A stretch of 64,000 nucleotides of DNA, from positions 34,207 through 98,206 of the forward strand of contig CAKRJY010000009.1 in assembly GCA_934352055.1 (NCBI GenBank), read 5' to 3'. Source of the DNA: an uncultured Lachnospiraceae bacterium. GTDB lineage: Bacteria > Bacillota > Clostridia > Lachnospirales > Lachnospiraceae. Within the stretch, counting starts at the first letter, position 1; every line of letters starts with the position of its first letter. This document shows, piece after piece, positions 52,091 through 60,868 of the stretch. Under the pieces are notes generated by a model. It did not search any database. It was not told the origin of the DNA and worked only from the letters and a program-made list of their open reading frames with translations. Position numbers and translations under genes: made by a program.

Positions 52091-53275
52091 TTAATCATCC
52101 ATAAATACAGAAAATGATGTCTTCCCTAATACTTCGTTGACAAATCCTTCCGTATCATCACGCACGGTTTTCCAGTCAATCTCTTCTAAGTTGTGTATGT
52201 AATCTGTCTTTTCTCCAAATAAATCCGGCAATGGTTCTTTGACTTTCTTTACCTCGCCCTTAAAGTAGCCCTTTGCCAGCTGATCCATATCGCAGCTCAT
52301 ACGCATATCGGTCGCCTTCAGACTAAATCCGTCTTCCGTTTCCTGCCAGCTTAAATGCGTTGTCATCCTATATGTTTTGCTATTATTGGCAAAATAATCC
52401 ACTTCCACATCCATCCAACGGGAATACTTTGGATTTCGCGTCATGGTCATTTCTACGCGTTCATTCTCCGGCAGTTCATAATAAAAATATGCGGTACCGA
52501 TATCTTCACCATCAATTGTCAAAGAAGCACCTTCTAACACATCCGACAAATCAATCGACAAACGACGCAAATGGTTCTGTTTGGTCAAATACACGGAATA
52601 GACAACATCATAATCCGGCGGCTCCATACCGATCAAATCCCAAAGAAACTGGCCTGTTCCTTGCGGAATGGTGACAACAAACTCTTCACTTACCGTACCA
52701 TCCTCATCCTTTAGTGTCTTTCCCGTCTTTTCTATGTCGATCTGCTTCGTCAGTTCTGCAATGTCTCCCAGATGATCTTTGAACCATTCCTTATCAATAT
52801 CCGATGTCGGATCCGGCATTTTCAGAAAAAGATTCTGACCTGTTGGAAAGGCATACCCGATATCTTCACCCAACAACGGCGCATCCATATATACCGTCTG
52901 ATCTTCCGCATAAAAATCCAGTTCTCCCATCTCTATCCACACCAGATTCATATCTGTTTTTGCAGAGATTCGTTTTTGTGCAAAAGAACGCTTTGCATCC
53001 ACATCAAAATAAATGGATGATTTTGCCTGCTGCATGCCGGATAAACCGACTTTTCCTGTCAATGTTGTATCACCATTTCCATATTCCCGGCACATCTCCA
53101 TAATGTCGATATTATGGAGCAGATACCCCGGATTTTTTAATGTTACTTCCATGAAATAAATGGTAGATAACAACATACGTGAGCTTGGCTTCTGTGCCCA
53201 TGCATAAAACATCCCACCAAAAACAGCAAGAAGGATCACCAGCACACTACATACAATTTTGCCTCTTTTTTTCAT
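52091..53275 (-). CDS. membrane-anchored hypothetical protein (394 aa)
   Basis: N-terminal TM helix (IVCSVLVILLAVFGGMFYAWA), then a large extracytoplasmic domain with no family I recognise. ATG at 53275 after AAGGTGGG. Confidence 0.5.
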   Translation of the reverse strand: MKKRGKIVCSVLVILLAVFGGMFYAWAQKPSSRMLLSTIYFMEVTLKNPGYLLHNIDIMEMCREYGNGDTTLTGKVGLSGMQQAKSSIYFDVDAKRSFAQKRISAKTDMNLVWIEMGELDFYAEDQTVYMDAPLLGEDIGYAFPTGQNLFLKMPDPTSDIDKEWFKDHLGDIAELTKQIDIEKTGKTLKDEDGTVSEEFVVTIPQGTGQFLWDLIGMEPPDYDVVYSVYLTKQNHLRRLSIDLSDVLEGASLTIDGEDIGTAYFYYELPENERVEMTMTRNPKYSRWMDVEVDYFANNSKTYRMTTHLSWQETEDGFSLKATDMRMSCDMDQLAKGYFKGEVKKVKEPLPDLFGEKTDYIHNLEEIDWKTVRDDTEGFVNEVLGKTSFSVFMDD

Positions 53276-53293
53276 AGGCTTACCCACCTTGTC

Positions 53294-54121
53294 TTAAATA
53301 AATGGATTATAAAATCTACTTCCATCATGATATGTAATCACAAGTGCTATTATCATAAAAATCACCGTAACAGCCATCACCACATAATCCGCTGCAGCCA
53401 GCTTACGTCCCATATACCAGGTCCGTTTTTTGTGTTTTCCATAGCCCCGCAACTCCATGGCATTACTAACCGTATCAATACGATCCATACTCGTAAATAC
53501 CAATGGGAAAATAATCGCTGTCACACTCTTGATACGATCCATCAGTTTTGCTTTCCCTGACATCTCAATACCTCGTGCTTCCTGCGCGTTTTTAATCTTA
53601 TGGTAATCGTCCTGCACATCCGGAATATAACGGAGGGCAAGTGAGATTGCATATCCAATATTATAGCTTATACCAAGCTGATTCAAAGATGCCGCAAGTT
53701 CTGACGGATTTGTCGTAATGATAAACATAAAAACTGACGGTACAATTGTAAAGTACTTGATTACCACATTCAGTTCATAAAAAAGCTGCTCCTGGGTAAT
53801 CACCCATCTGCCACCAAAGTCATAAAGGATATGCTCCGTGCCATAAATTTGTGCGCCCTGATATGGTGCAAAAATAAAAATAGCAAAAACGTTAATCAGC
53901 ATAAATACCATAATCACTTTAAAGACAGAGCCAATCTGTTTCCAGCTGGTCTTGGAAAGTTTAAATAGGATCAGACTGATCACGAGCATCGTCGCAAGCA
54001 CTCTGGTATCATAAGTCAGCATACAGGTAATCGTCCAGGCAAGGAAAAAGATCATCTTTGTCACACCGCAAAGTTGTTCCATCCATGTGCCTTTTTCTTC
54101 ATAACTAAGTAATTTTGCCAT
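53294..54121 (-). CDS. ecfT: ECF transporter transmembrane (T) component
   Basis: 275 aa, multi-TM. Conserved IKNAQEARGIE (Ala-Arg-Gly coupling motif). Confidence 0.8.
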   Translation of the reverse strand: MAKLLSYEEKGTWMEQLCGVTKMIFFLAWTITCMLTYDTRVLATMLVISLILFKLSKTSWKQIGSVFKVIMVFMLINVFAIFIFAPYQGAQIYGTEHILYDFGGRWVITQEQLFYELNVVIKYFTIVPSVFMFIITTNPSELAASLNQLGISYNIGYAISLALRYIPDVQDDYHKIKNAQEARGIEMSGKAKLMDRIKSVTAIIFPLVFTSMDRIDTVSNAMELRGYGKHKKRTWYMGRKLAAADYVVMAVTVIFMIIALVITYHDGSRFYNPFI

Positions 54122-55827
54122 TAGCGCACCGTCCTTTCATAGTTGATAAAACATTCAACAAACTCAGAAGGTGCCAAAATGCCGCATTTTTCCGCCATAT
54201 CATAAAGTGATGTCTGCTTCAGATATGCGCGGTCTGAAATCTCACGATTCGTTAAAATATTTGCCGGTGTATCGTCTGAAATCATATGACCATCTGCAAT
54301 AACAATCGCACGATCTGTATATTCTAACATCAGGTGCATATCATGTGTAATCATGATAATTGTCGTACCATACTCTTCATTGACACGTTTCAAAAATTCC
54401 ATAATCTCCGTATAATGATGATAGTCCTGTCCCGCTGTCGGTTCATCTAAAATCATAATTTCTGGATTCATGACAAGAATAGACGCAATGGAAACACGTT
54501 TCTTCTGTCCAAAACTGAGTGCAGAAATCGGCCAGTTACGGAATGGATATAATCCGCAAATCTTTAACGTCTCATACACACGTTCTTTGATTTCTTCTTC
54601 CGGAACATCACGAACCGTCAAGCCTAACGCTACTTCTTCATAAATCATAGCCTTAGAAATCATCTGGTTTGGATTTTGCATCACAAGCCCAATGCGCTCT
54701 CCACGCTCCTTAATGGAAAGTGGCGAAATATCCTGCCCATCCAGTAAAATCCGTCCCTCACTCGGCTCATAGAATCCACAAATCAAGTTGGAAAGTGTTG
54801 TTTTTCCAGCACCATTTTTACCAACGATACTTAGCATTTCTCCTTTTTGCACTGAAAAATCAATATCATGCAAAATCGGATGCTTATCATCATATGCAAA
54901 ACTCAGATGCTCTACTGCGAGCACCTGCTCTTTTCTTTTTTCTTTCAAAGGATGTGCCGCACTTGCAAACCAATCCTGTACTTTTGCCTGATATGGTGCA
55001 AAATCCATCGTCTCCACATGCGCCGGGCGATCTTTTGCAGCAATCTCACAGCCTGCATGCTTCAGCGCTGTCACATAAAGCGGTTCTCGAATTCCCTGCT
55101 GCTTTAAAATATCACTGGAAAGCAGCTCATCCGGGGTCATATCTGCCACAATCGTGCCATCACCAACAACCACGATACGATCTACGTCTTTGTACAGTGC
55201 ATCTTCCAAACGATGTTCAATGATTAAGATGGTCTTATTCTGTTCTTTTTGGATGGAATCAATCAATGCAATGGCACGCTTTCCCGTTGCCGGATCCAAA
55301 TTGGCAAGTGGCTCGTCAAAAAGCAGAATATCCACGTCATCAATCATGACGCCTGCCATGGACACACGTTGCTTCTGTCCACCTGACAACTCTCCCGGTG
55401 CATGATGAAGTAAATTCTTCACATCCACAATCTCAGCTATGGCATCTACACGTTTGCGCATCTTTTCTTCTTCCATACAGTCATTTTCCAGGACAAAAGC
55501 GATATCTTCTGCCACAGTCAGACCGATAAACTGTCCGTCGGTATCCTGCAATACCGTACCGACCGTTTTGGAAAGACCAAAAATGCCCAAATCTTCTGGT
55601 TTTTTTCCTCCAATATATAATTCACCGGTACTATCTCCTGCATATGAAAAAGGAACCAGTCCGTTGATGCAGTTAGCAAGTGTTGACTTTCCTGATCCGG
55701 ATGGTCCTATGATGAGAATTTTTTCTCCGGGATAGACGGTAAGGTCAATATCCCGGAGTGTTGGTTCTACCTGTGAATTGTACTTAAACGAATAATTTTT
55801 AAACTCGATAATAGGTTCCACAATCAC
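54121..55827 (-). CDS. fused ECF-transporter ATPase (two ABC domains, EcfA1-EcfA2 type)
   Basis: 568 aa. Two Walker A motifs (GPSGSGKST, GKNGAGKTT), two LSGGQ-type signatures (LSGGQKQR, LSFGQKKR) and two Walker B motifs (LLFDEP, MILDEP). GTG start. Confidence 0.85.
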   Translation of the reverse strand: MIVEPIIEFKNYSFKYNSQVEPTLRDIDLTVYPGEKILIIGPSGSGKSTLANCINGLVPFSYAGDSTGELYIGGKKPEDLGIFGLSKTVGTVLQDTDGQFIGLTVAEDIAFVLENDCMEEEKMRKRVDAIAEIVDVKNLLHHAPGELSGGQKQRVSMAGVMIDDVDILLFDEPLANLDPATGKRAIALIDSIQKEQNKTILIIEHRLEDALYKDVDRIVVVGDGTIVADMTPDELLSSDILKQQGIREPLYVTALKHAGCEIAAKDRPAHVETMDFAPYQAKVQDWFASAAHPLKEKRKEQVLAVEHLSFAYDDKHPILHDIDFSVQKGEMLSIVGKNGAGKTTLSNLICGFYEPSEGRILLDGQDISPLSIKERGERIGLVMQNPNQMISKAMIYEEVALGLTVRDVPEEEIKERVYETLKICGLYPFRNWPISALSFGQKKRVSIASILVMNPEIMILDEPTAGQDYHHYTEIMEFLKRVNEEYGTTIIMITHDMHLMLEYTDRAIVIADGHMISDDTPANILTNREISDRAYLKQTSLYDMAEKCGILAPSEFVECFINYERTVR

Positions 55828-55842
55828 ATTTCCTTTAAATAA

Positions 55843-56394
55843 TTAGTCTTCTTTTGTAAGGCTTGATGACTTCGCGCCAATCTTAGTATAACCCATGCCA
55901 AGCAGAGTTCCAAGAATTGCTGTAATAATAATATTTGCTACAAATGCACATGCACCCTGTGCAAATACCTTATCAGTAGGTTCTGAATAGATAACGATGT
56001 CCAGTACCGGAGCAACCAGAATCCATGCAACCGCATTTGTTACAATCTGTACTATATTAAAAAGTACAATTGCTTTGCGGTCAAATCCGCCTTCTTTAAT
56101 CTGATACTTCTTAGCGAAAAGACCAACACCGATACCAATCACAGCTTCCGGAATAACCCAGCTCCACCAGATACTTCCATAAAACATAGCATCGCCAAGT
56201 GCATGACCAAGAATACCTACAATACCACCAACAACCGGTCCAAATACTGCTGCTAAGAATGCAAGGACTGCTGCTCTTGGCTGTAAGGAAGTGTTAGGAA
56301 TAATTCCCAATGGAATCTGCACCTCTGTAAGCACGATAAAAAGCGCTGTACCGATTGCTGTTGCAACGACTTCTTTAATACCAAACTTTTTCAT
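55843..56394 (-). CDS. ECF transporter substrate-specific (S) component, substrate unknown
   Basis: 183 aa, about 6 TM helices. First gene of an S-A-T unit. AAGGAGG RBS. Confidence 0.7.
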   Translation of the reverse strand: MKKFGIKEVVATAIGTALFIVLTEVQIPLGIIPNTSLQPRAAVLAFLAAVFGPVVGGIVGILGHALGDAMFYGSIWWSWVIPEAVIGIGVGLFAKKYQIKEGGFDRKAIVLFNIVQIVTNAVAWILVAPVLDIVIYSEPTDKVFAQGACAFVANIIITAILGTLLGMGYTKIGAKSSSLTKED

Positions 56395-56428
56395 TGTTTT
56401 TTCCTCCTTGTTTGTATAATACTGCCTT

Positions 56429-56457
56429 ATTATATGTTATCTTGACATTTTTCTCAA
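56429..56457 (-). promoter_or_regulatory. sigma-A promoter of the ECF operon
   Basis: Minus strand: TTGAGA, 17 nt spacer, TATAAT. The leader is short (about 30 nt), so there is no room for a riboswitch. Confidence 0.5.
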
Positions 56458-56470
56458 TGTCCATTTACAC

Positions 56471-56506
56471 AAAAAATGCCGCAAATCCGTTGGATTTTTG
56501 GCATTT
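56471..56506 (-). terminator. rho-independent terminator
   Basis: Minus strand: aatgcc..aaatcc-aac-ggattt..ggcatt composite stem followed by tttttt. Confidence 0.55.
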
Positions 56507-56523
56507 TATGTGGTTCTGTTTTC

Positions 56524-56916
56524 TTATGAATACAATTCCTTATAAATAGCATCCAGATCATAGTCTGGTGCATATTTCTTGCCAACATCATAAACTCTTT
56601 GGACTTCGGCAACATCCATATCAAAGAAATCTGCTATCTGACTCGTACTTTTTCCTCGGTTCATCTGTTGCATGATTACAGAAATCACATTCTGTCTGCG
56701 CCCTGCTTTGAGTCCCTCTGCTCGTCCTTCTTCGCGTCCTTCCGCACGTCCTTCTTCCAGACCCTGATTATGGTATATTCTCTTCAGTAGTTCTTTTTCT
56801 TCATATGCTCTCATATAACTCAGCCCTACCTTTCTGTTATCCTTTATCTGAGATACCATGCTCTGTAATTCCCGCAAGTCTTCCGTCACTGCGTTTTCGT
56901 CTGTGGATTCTTCAAA
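56524..56916 (-). pseudogene. 5'-truncated tandem duplicate of the adjacent Rpn-like gene (C-terminal third only)
   Basis: Encodes FEESTDENAVTEDLRELQSMVSQIKDNRKV...YDLDAIYKELYS, near-identical to residues about 200-321 of the 56945..57910 product, plus an extra EGRAEGREEGRAEG insertion. No upstream coding sequence. Confidence 0.7.
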
Positions 56917-56944
56917 TCCCTACGGCATCTACTTACTGCATGTC

Positions 56945-57910
56945 TTATGAATACAATTCCTTATAAATGGCATCCAGATCATAGTCTGGTGCATATTTCT
57001 TGCCAACATCATAAACTCTTTGGACTTCAGCAACATCCATATCAAAGAATTCCGCTATCTGACTCGTACTTTTTCCTCGGTTCATCTGTTGCATAATCAC
57101 AGAAATCATCTGCTGTCTGCGTCCTGCTTTGAGTCCTGCTTCGCGTCCTTCTTCCAGACCCTGATTATGGTATATTCTCTTCAGTAGTTCTTTTTCTTCA
57201 TATGCTCTCATATAACTCAGCCCTACCTTTCTATTATCCTTTATCTGAGATACCATGCTCTGTAATTCCCGCAAGTCTTCCGTCACTGCGTTCTCGTCTG
57301 TGGACTCTTCAAAATATGTAAGAAATTTCCGTAAATCTTCAGAGTAATTCCCAACACTACCCTTCGTATATAAGAAAATCGTCATTGCTCCATCCTCATA
57401 TTCCATATCCGGTTGCTCGACACAGTAATTCTTAATTGTGTAAACCATCCGGTTATATCCAAAGGGATCAAATGGGGTAATGAAAATCACATATACTTTT
57501 TTTAGTTTCCGATAATCCTCTCCACTGGGAAGCGCTGCATTATCAATCTTCGCATGGTAAAATCGAACTCGCTTTGGGAGTCCTTCTACTGATATTGTAT
57601 CATGATTTTTCTCAGGTTCAATATCAAAAATCGAAGAATCATCCTCGATAATCTGCGCCATTTCTTCTGTTTTTCCATCTGGGCTCACCGTCTCTTCAAT
57701 ATACACATCCAATCTGGCGCCGTGCATATCGGTGTCCACTCCATAAAACACCTTTTGCGGTGTGATCTGAATGTCTGCTATTTCTTTTCCTAAAATAAGT
57801 TTAATCAACTTCCTTGAAAAAGGAATACCTACGTCTGGGTCCGTCATCATTGCACCAAATAAAAAGTTGTCAATCAGACTTAAGTCCTGCAAAGTTTTCT
57901 TTTGCTTCAT
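56945..57910 (-). CDS. Rpn-family (PD-(D/E)xK, TIGR01784-like) recombination-promoting nuclease / putative transposase
   Basis: 321 aa. N-terminus LIDNFLFGAMM... and GARLDVYIEE...IFDIEPEK nuclease-like motif. C-terminal EEGREAG repeats typical of this family. Confidence 0.65.
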   Translation of the reverse strand: MKQKKTLQDLSLIDNFLFGAMMTDPDVGIPFSRKLIKLILGKEIADIQITPQKVFYGVDTDMHGARLDVYIEETVSPDGKTEEMAQIIEDDSSIFDIEPEKNHDTISVEGLPKRVRFYHAKIDNAALPSGEDYRKLKKVYVIFITPFDPFGYNRMVYTIKNYCVEQPDMEYEDGAMTIFLYTKGSVGNYSEDLRKFLTYFEESTDENAVTEDLRELQSMVSQIKDNRKVGLSYMRAYEEKELLKRIYHNQGLEEGREAGLKAGRRQQMISVIMQQMNRGKSTSQIAEFFDMDVAEVQRVYDVGKKYAPDYDLDAIYKELYS

Positions 57911-58085
57911 AATGCCTCTCTTTCCGGCAGTACAAGATAATAGAATCGACCTGTCTGCCTAAATATAAAATTGTGTGTATACATTCATGGAAACATTGGT
58001 CGAACTGACCGGAGAATTCCTAGAAAGTGCATCTAGCATAACAAAGTGGCTCGTAAATTGCAAGTCACCTGAAAAAAAATCTCAA

Positions 58086-58131
58086 CAAAAAGAGGTCGCA
58101 GGGAAATGATTTCTCAATTCCCTACGACCTC
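58086..58131 (-). terminator. terminator of the left flagellin gene (member of the GAGGTCGCAGGGA hairpin family)
   Basis: Minus strand: gaggtcgtaggga-N14-tccctgcgacctc followed by tttttgtt. Confidence 0.65.
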
Positions 58132-58200
58132 ATAAGTTTGTGCTCATTTATTACAAATCAGCATCGCAAATCATCAATAGATATTTACGAAAAACCTAGA

Positions 58201-59586
58201 TTACTGAAGTAATGAAAGAACACCCTGTGTAGACTGGTTAGCCTGAGCAAGCATTGACTGTCCTGCCTGTGTAAGAATGTTATTCTTAGAGTACTTAACC
58301 ATTTCATCAGCCATATCTGTATCGCGGATACGTGATTCAGCAGATGTTGTGTTTTCAACAACGTTATCCAAGTTGTCGATTGTGTGCTCAAGACGGTTCT
58401 GGATAGCACCAAGGCTAGATCTCTGATCTGAAACCTTCTGTAATGCATCGCTGATAGCATCGATTGCATATGTTGCAGCCTTACCTGAATCATCAGATAC
58501 GTTTAATCCCTGAATTCCTAAGTATGCAGAATTCATTGTCTCGATATTTACATTAATCTTATTTGTCATGTCTGCATCAGAACCTACATGAAGATTGAAG
58601 GACAACTGCTGTGCTGCATCTGCTTTTCCTTTAGTGATTTCAAATGTTACACCCGTATCCTTTGCATAAGTTCCAGCTTGAATTGTTGCTGCTGTTTTTG
58701 TTGCACCAATGTTGTTAGCTGCTGTCAGCTCAGCTGTCATAAGTCCAACTGCCTTCGCTGCAGAAATAACAGATGAATCTGACTTATCAACACCTGTTGC
58801 ATCAAAATCTGCTACTGTCATAGATTTTCCGCCAACTTCTACTGTTGCACCAGCTTTAACAAGCTTTTCTAATTCAGATTTTTTATACTTGAAATCAGCT
58901 TCGCTATGATTAGCATCTTCCACCAAGGTGTATTCTTGTCCATTAATCTTTGCTTTTACTGTTCCATCATAAGTATTTCCAAGTAATGCCTTTGCATCTG
59001 CTTCTGTTGCACCAATTGTATAGTTCTTTCCACCAATTGTAACAGCTTTTCCTGGATCAAGTGCACCAGCAGCAACCTTGAATGTTCCTGTTGTTTCGCC
59101 ATCTGTTAAAGTTCCCTTTAATCCAGCATCATGAGCCTTCATGTACACTTCTTTTGTTGCAGCATTATCATCACCCTTCAACAAGTATGTCTCGTTGAAC
59201 TTTGTTGTTTCAGCAACACGATCGATTTCTGTTGTTAACTGCTCAATCTCTGACTGGATAGCATCTCTATCTGTCTGTGAGTTTGTTCCGTTAGAAGCCT
59301 GTACTGAAAGTTCGTTCATTCTCTGAAGCATTGAGTGAACTTCTGTCAAAGCACCTTCAGCTGTCTGTACTGCAGATACACCATCCTGTGCGTTTGTAGA
59401 AGCCTGATCAAGACCACGAATCTGCTTACGCATCTTTTCAGAAATAGAAAGACCTGCTGCATCATCTGCTGCGCGGTTAATTCTATAACCTGAAGAAAGT
59501 TTCTCTGTTGACTTAGCCTGCTGACCTGCTGTAATGTTAAGCATTCTTGAGGCATTTGCTGCCTGCATATTGTGTTGAACAACCAT
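58201..59586 (-). CDS. flagellin (461 aa)
   Basis: MVVQHNMQAANASRMLNITAGQQAKSTEKLSSGYRINRAADDAAGLSISEKMR... N-terminal D0/D1 region and C-terminal ...LGAIQNRLEHTIDNL...SMLAQANQSTQGVLSLLQ. Confidence 0.95.
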   Translation of the reverse strand: MVVQHNMQAANASRMLNITAGQQAKSTEKLSSGYRINRAADDAAGLSISEKMRKQIRGLDQASTNAQDGVSAVQTAEGALTEVHSMLQRMNELSVQASNGTNSQTDRDAIQSEIEQLTTEIDRVAETTKFNETYLLKGDDNAATKEVYMKAHDAGLKGTLTDGETTGTFKVAAGALDPGKAVTIGGKNYTIGATEADAKALLGNTYDGTVKAKINGQEYTLVEDANHSEADFKYKKSELEKLVKAGATVEVGGKSMTVADFDATGVDKSDSSVISAAKAVGLMTAELTAANNIGATKTAATIQAGTYAKDTGVTFEITKGKADAAQQLSFNLHVGSDADMTNKINVNIETMNSAYLGIQGLNVSDDSGKAATYAIDAISDALQKVSDQRSSLGAIQNRLEHTIDNLDNVVENTTSAESRIRDTDMADEMVKYSKNNILTQAGQSMLAQANQSTQGVLSLLQ

Positions 59587-59594
59587 AATATTTA

Positions 59595-59644
59595 CCTCCG
59601 TGTGTTTGTTTGGTTTGTCCCCATGAAAAATCCTTTTTTCATGG
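59595..59644 (-). promoter_or_regulatory. flagellin 5' leader: 10-bp hairpin with a GGA loop plus a GGA-containing SD (CsrA-type sites)
   Basis: Minus strand: ccatgaaaaa-AGGA-tttttcatgg (59621-59644) and acaCGGAGGt SD (59595-59600). Confidence 0.45.
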
Positions 59645-59695
59645 TTTTGATTAATAGTTCCTTTATAATCAACCCGCGCCTAGGTTCGCAGGTAA

Positions 59696-59725
59696 ATTAT
59701 CTTTTTTGTTGGGGATTGTTGTGAA
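59696..59725 (-). promoter_or_regulatory. candidate promoter inside the left repeat arm
   Basis: Minus strand: TTCACA, 18 nt spacer, GATAAT. The base before the -10 is A here and C in the right copy (aaaAGATAAT vs aaaCGATAAT). Confidence 0.25.
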
Positions 59726-59729
59726 CCAC

Positions 59730-59753
59730 GTAACAAAATAGATATTGTGTTTC
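59730..59753. promoter_or_regulatory. degenerate 24-bp palindrome at the inner end of the left arm (candidate recombinase site)
   Basis: gtaacaaaata-ga-tattgtgtttc. Nine of eleven arm positions are complementary. Homologous to the perfect site at 60758-60781. Confidence 0.4.
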
Positions 59754-59920
59754 ATCCCTTACACCATATATTTCGGACATTACTCTAAATACTTAACCCC
59801 CAAAATATAAATATTTTTCCAAAAGTTGAATGTATTTCTAAATGCTGCTTCTAAATTTTACTTTTTCACTCAACCGTTAATTATGCAAACAAATATATAC
59901 CTGCTATCTAGGATTCCTTA

Positions 59921-59929
59921 ATTATAGCA
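59921..59929 (-). promoter_or_regulatory. extended -10 promoter element (TGCTATAAT) in the unique core, facing the left flagellin gene
   Basis: Minus strand reads catGcTATAAT. No good -35, which is usual for TGn promoters. The surrounding DNA is AT-rich, so a chance match is possible. Confidence 0.3.
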
Positions 59930-60169
59930 TGATATTTGAATTTGAATATCCATTATTAGGGCTTTATTTGACCTCAGAACAGAATCTTGATTGTTAGACG
60001 TATTTTCAGTTGGATTTTAGTTTTTCATTCAATGATTCGGGCATGCGAACGAAATCTTGCGAACATTCCGTTTCTATTTTCTGAAATACTTTGCAAGAGC
60101 ATGTGGCAGAAGCGCGGGGAACCGCCATGGTGGAGTATAATAGCCTGCAAAAACCAGGAGGTTATTACC

Positions 60170-60748
60170 ATGAATAAAGCACAACCCATAAAAAATGCTA
60201 TGCAATTAGAAACTTTTAAAAATTATTACTATAGAGTGCATTATCATCCCAGAAATCACATGTTTATCACGATGGGATTAAATACAGCACTGCGCGTATC
60301 AGACTTGCTTCGCCTCAAATGGTGTGATGTGTTCGATTATGACAATGTATGTTATCGAGAGCATGTGTTTTTGGTTGAACAAAAGACGCAGAAGAAATCC
60401 TATATTTATATAAATGAAAGGGTGGCAGAGACACTTCTATGGTATCAAAATACTTATGCGTATATGCCGCAACCGCAGGAATACTTGTTTTCAAACGAAA
60501 ACGGGACTGCTATTTCGCGTGTAAGCGCATACCGCATTGTGCGTCTGGCAGCAGAAAACTGTCATATTGAGGGCGTAATCAGTCCACATTCTCTTCGTAA
60601 AACTTTTGGCTATCAAGCCTGGATAAAAGGCGTTTCGCCGGTTCTATTAATGGATATTTATCAACATTCCTCATTTGAAATCACAAAACGATACCTAGGT
60701 ATTGAGCAGGATGAACGAGATTCTGTTTTCCGTGAAGTCATTATCTAG
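60170..60748 (+). CDS. small (192 aa) tyrosine site-specific recombinase, catalytic domain only (FimB/FimE-sized)
   Basis: Start at MNKAQPIK, 7 nt after AGGAGG. Catalytic set present: LRVSDLLRL (Arg I), EQKTQKK (Lys), HSLRKTF (His-x-x-Arg), HSSFEITKRYL (His...Tyr). Confidence 0.85.
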   Translation: MNKAQPIKNAMQLETFKNYYYRVHYHPRNHMFITMGLNTALRVSDLLRLKWCDVFDYDNVCYREHVFLVEQKTQKKSYIYINERVAETLLWYQNTYAYMPQPQEYLFSNENGTAISRVSAYRIVRLAAENCHIEGVISPHSLRKTFGYQAWIKGVSPVLLMDIYQHSSFEITKRYLGIEQDERDSVFREVII

Positions 60749-60757
60749 CAGACATGT

Positions 60758-60781
60758 GTAACACAATATCTATTGTGTTAC
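60758..60781. promoter_or_regulatory. perfect 24-bp palindrome at the inner end of the right arm (candidate recombinase site)
   Basis: GTAACACAATA-tc-TATTGTGTTAC, with 11-bp perfect arms. It begins 10 nt after the recombinase stop codon. Confidence 0.45.
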
Positions 60782-60785
60782 GCGG

Positions 60786-60815
60786 TTCACAGCAATTCCC
60801 TACAAAAACGATAAT
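60786..60815 (+). promoter_or_regulatory. candidate promoter inside the right repeat arm
   Basis: TTCACA, 18 nt spacer, GATAAT. The extended sequence aaaCGATAAt also resembles a sigma-28 -10 (CGATAA), but I see no TAAA -35. Confidence 0.25.
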
Positions 60816-60868
60816 TTACCTGCGAACCTAGGCGCAGGCTAATTATAAAGACACTTTATTAATCAAAA

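Larger units (their letters stand above)
56914..59753. repeat. left arm of the large inverted duplication (Rpn-like gene, flagellin gene, 5' leader)
   Basis: The reverse complement aligns with 60758..63847. It is near-identical over the Rpn genes, flagellin ends, leaders and terminator hairpins, and divergent over the flagellin centres. Confidence 0.85.

Noticed and set aside
56395-56523. A TPP or other vitamin riboswitch upstream of the ECF transporter (YkoEDC-like layout).
   Set aside because: A good promoter (TTGAGA-17-TATAAT) leaves only about 30 nt of leader. The rest of the gap is the terminator of the neighbouring gene. No riboswitch-sized conserved structure is present.
60781-60815. 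A canonical sigma-28 (TAAA-N15-GCCGATAA) flagellin promoter.
   Set aside because: Only the CGATAA part of the -10 is present, and only in the right copy. No TAAA-like -35 occurs at the right spacing. I kept it only as a low-confidence generic promoter.
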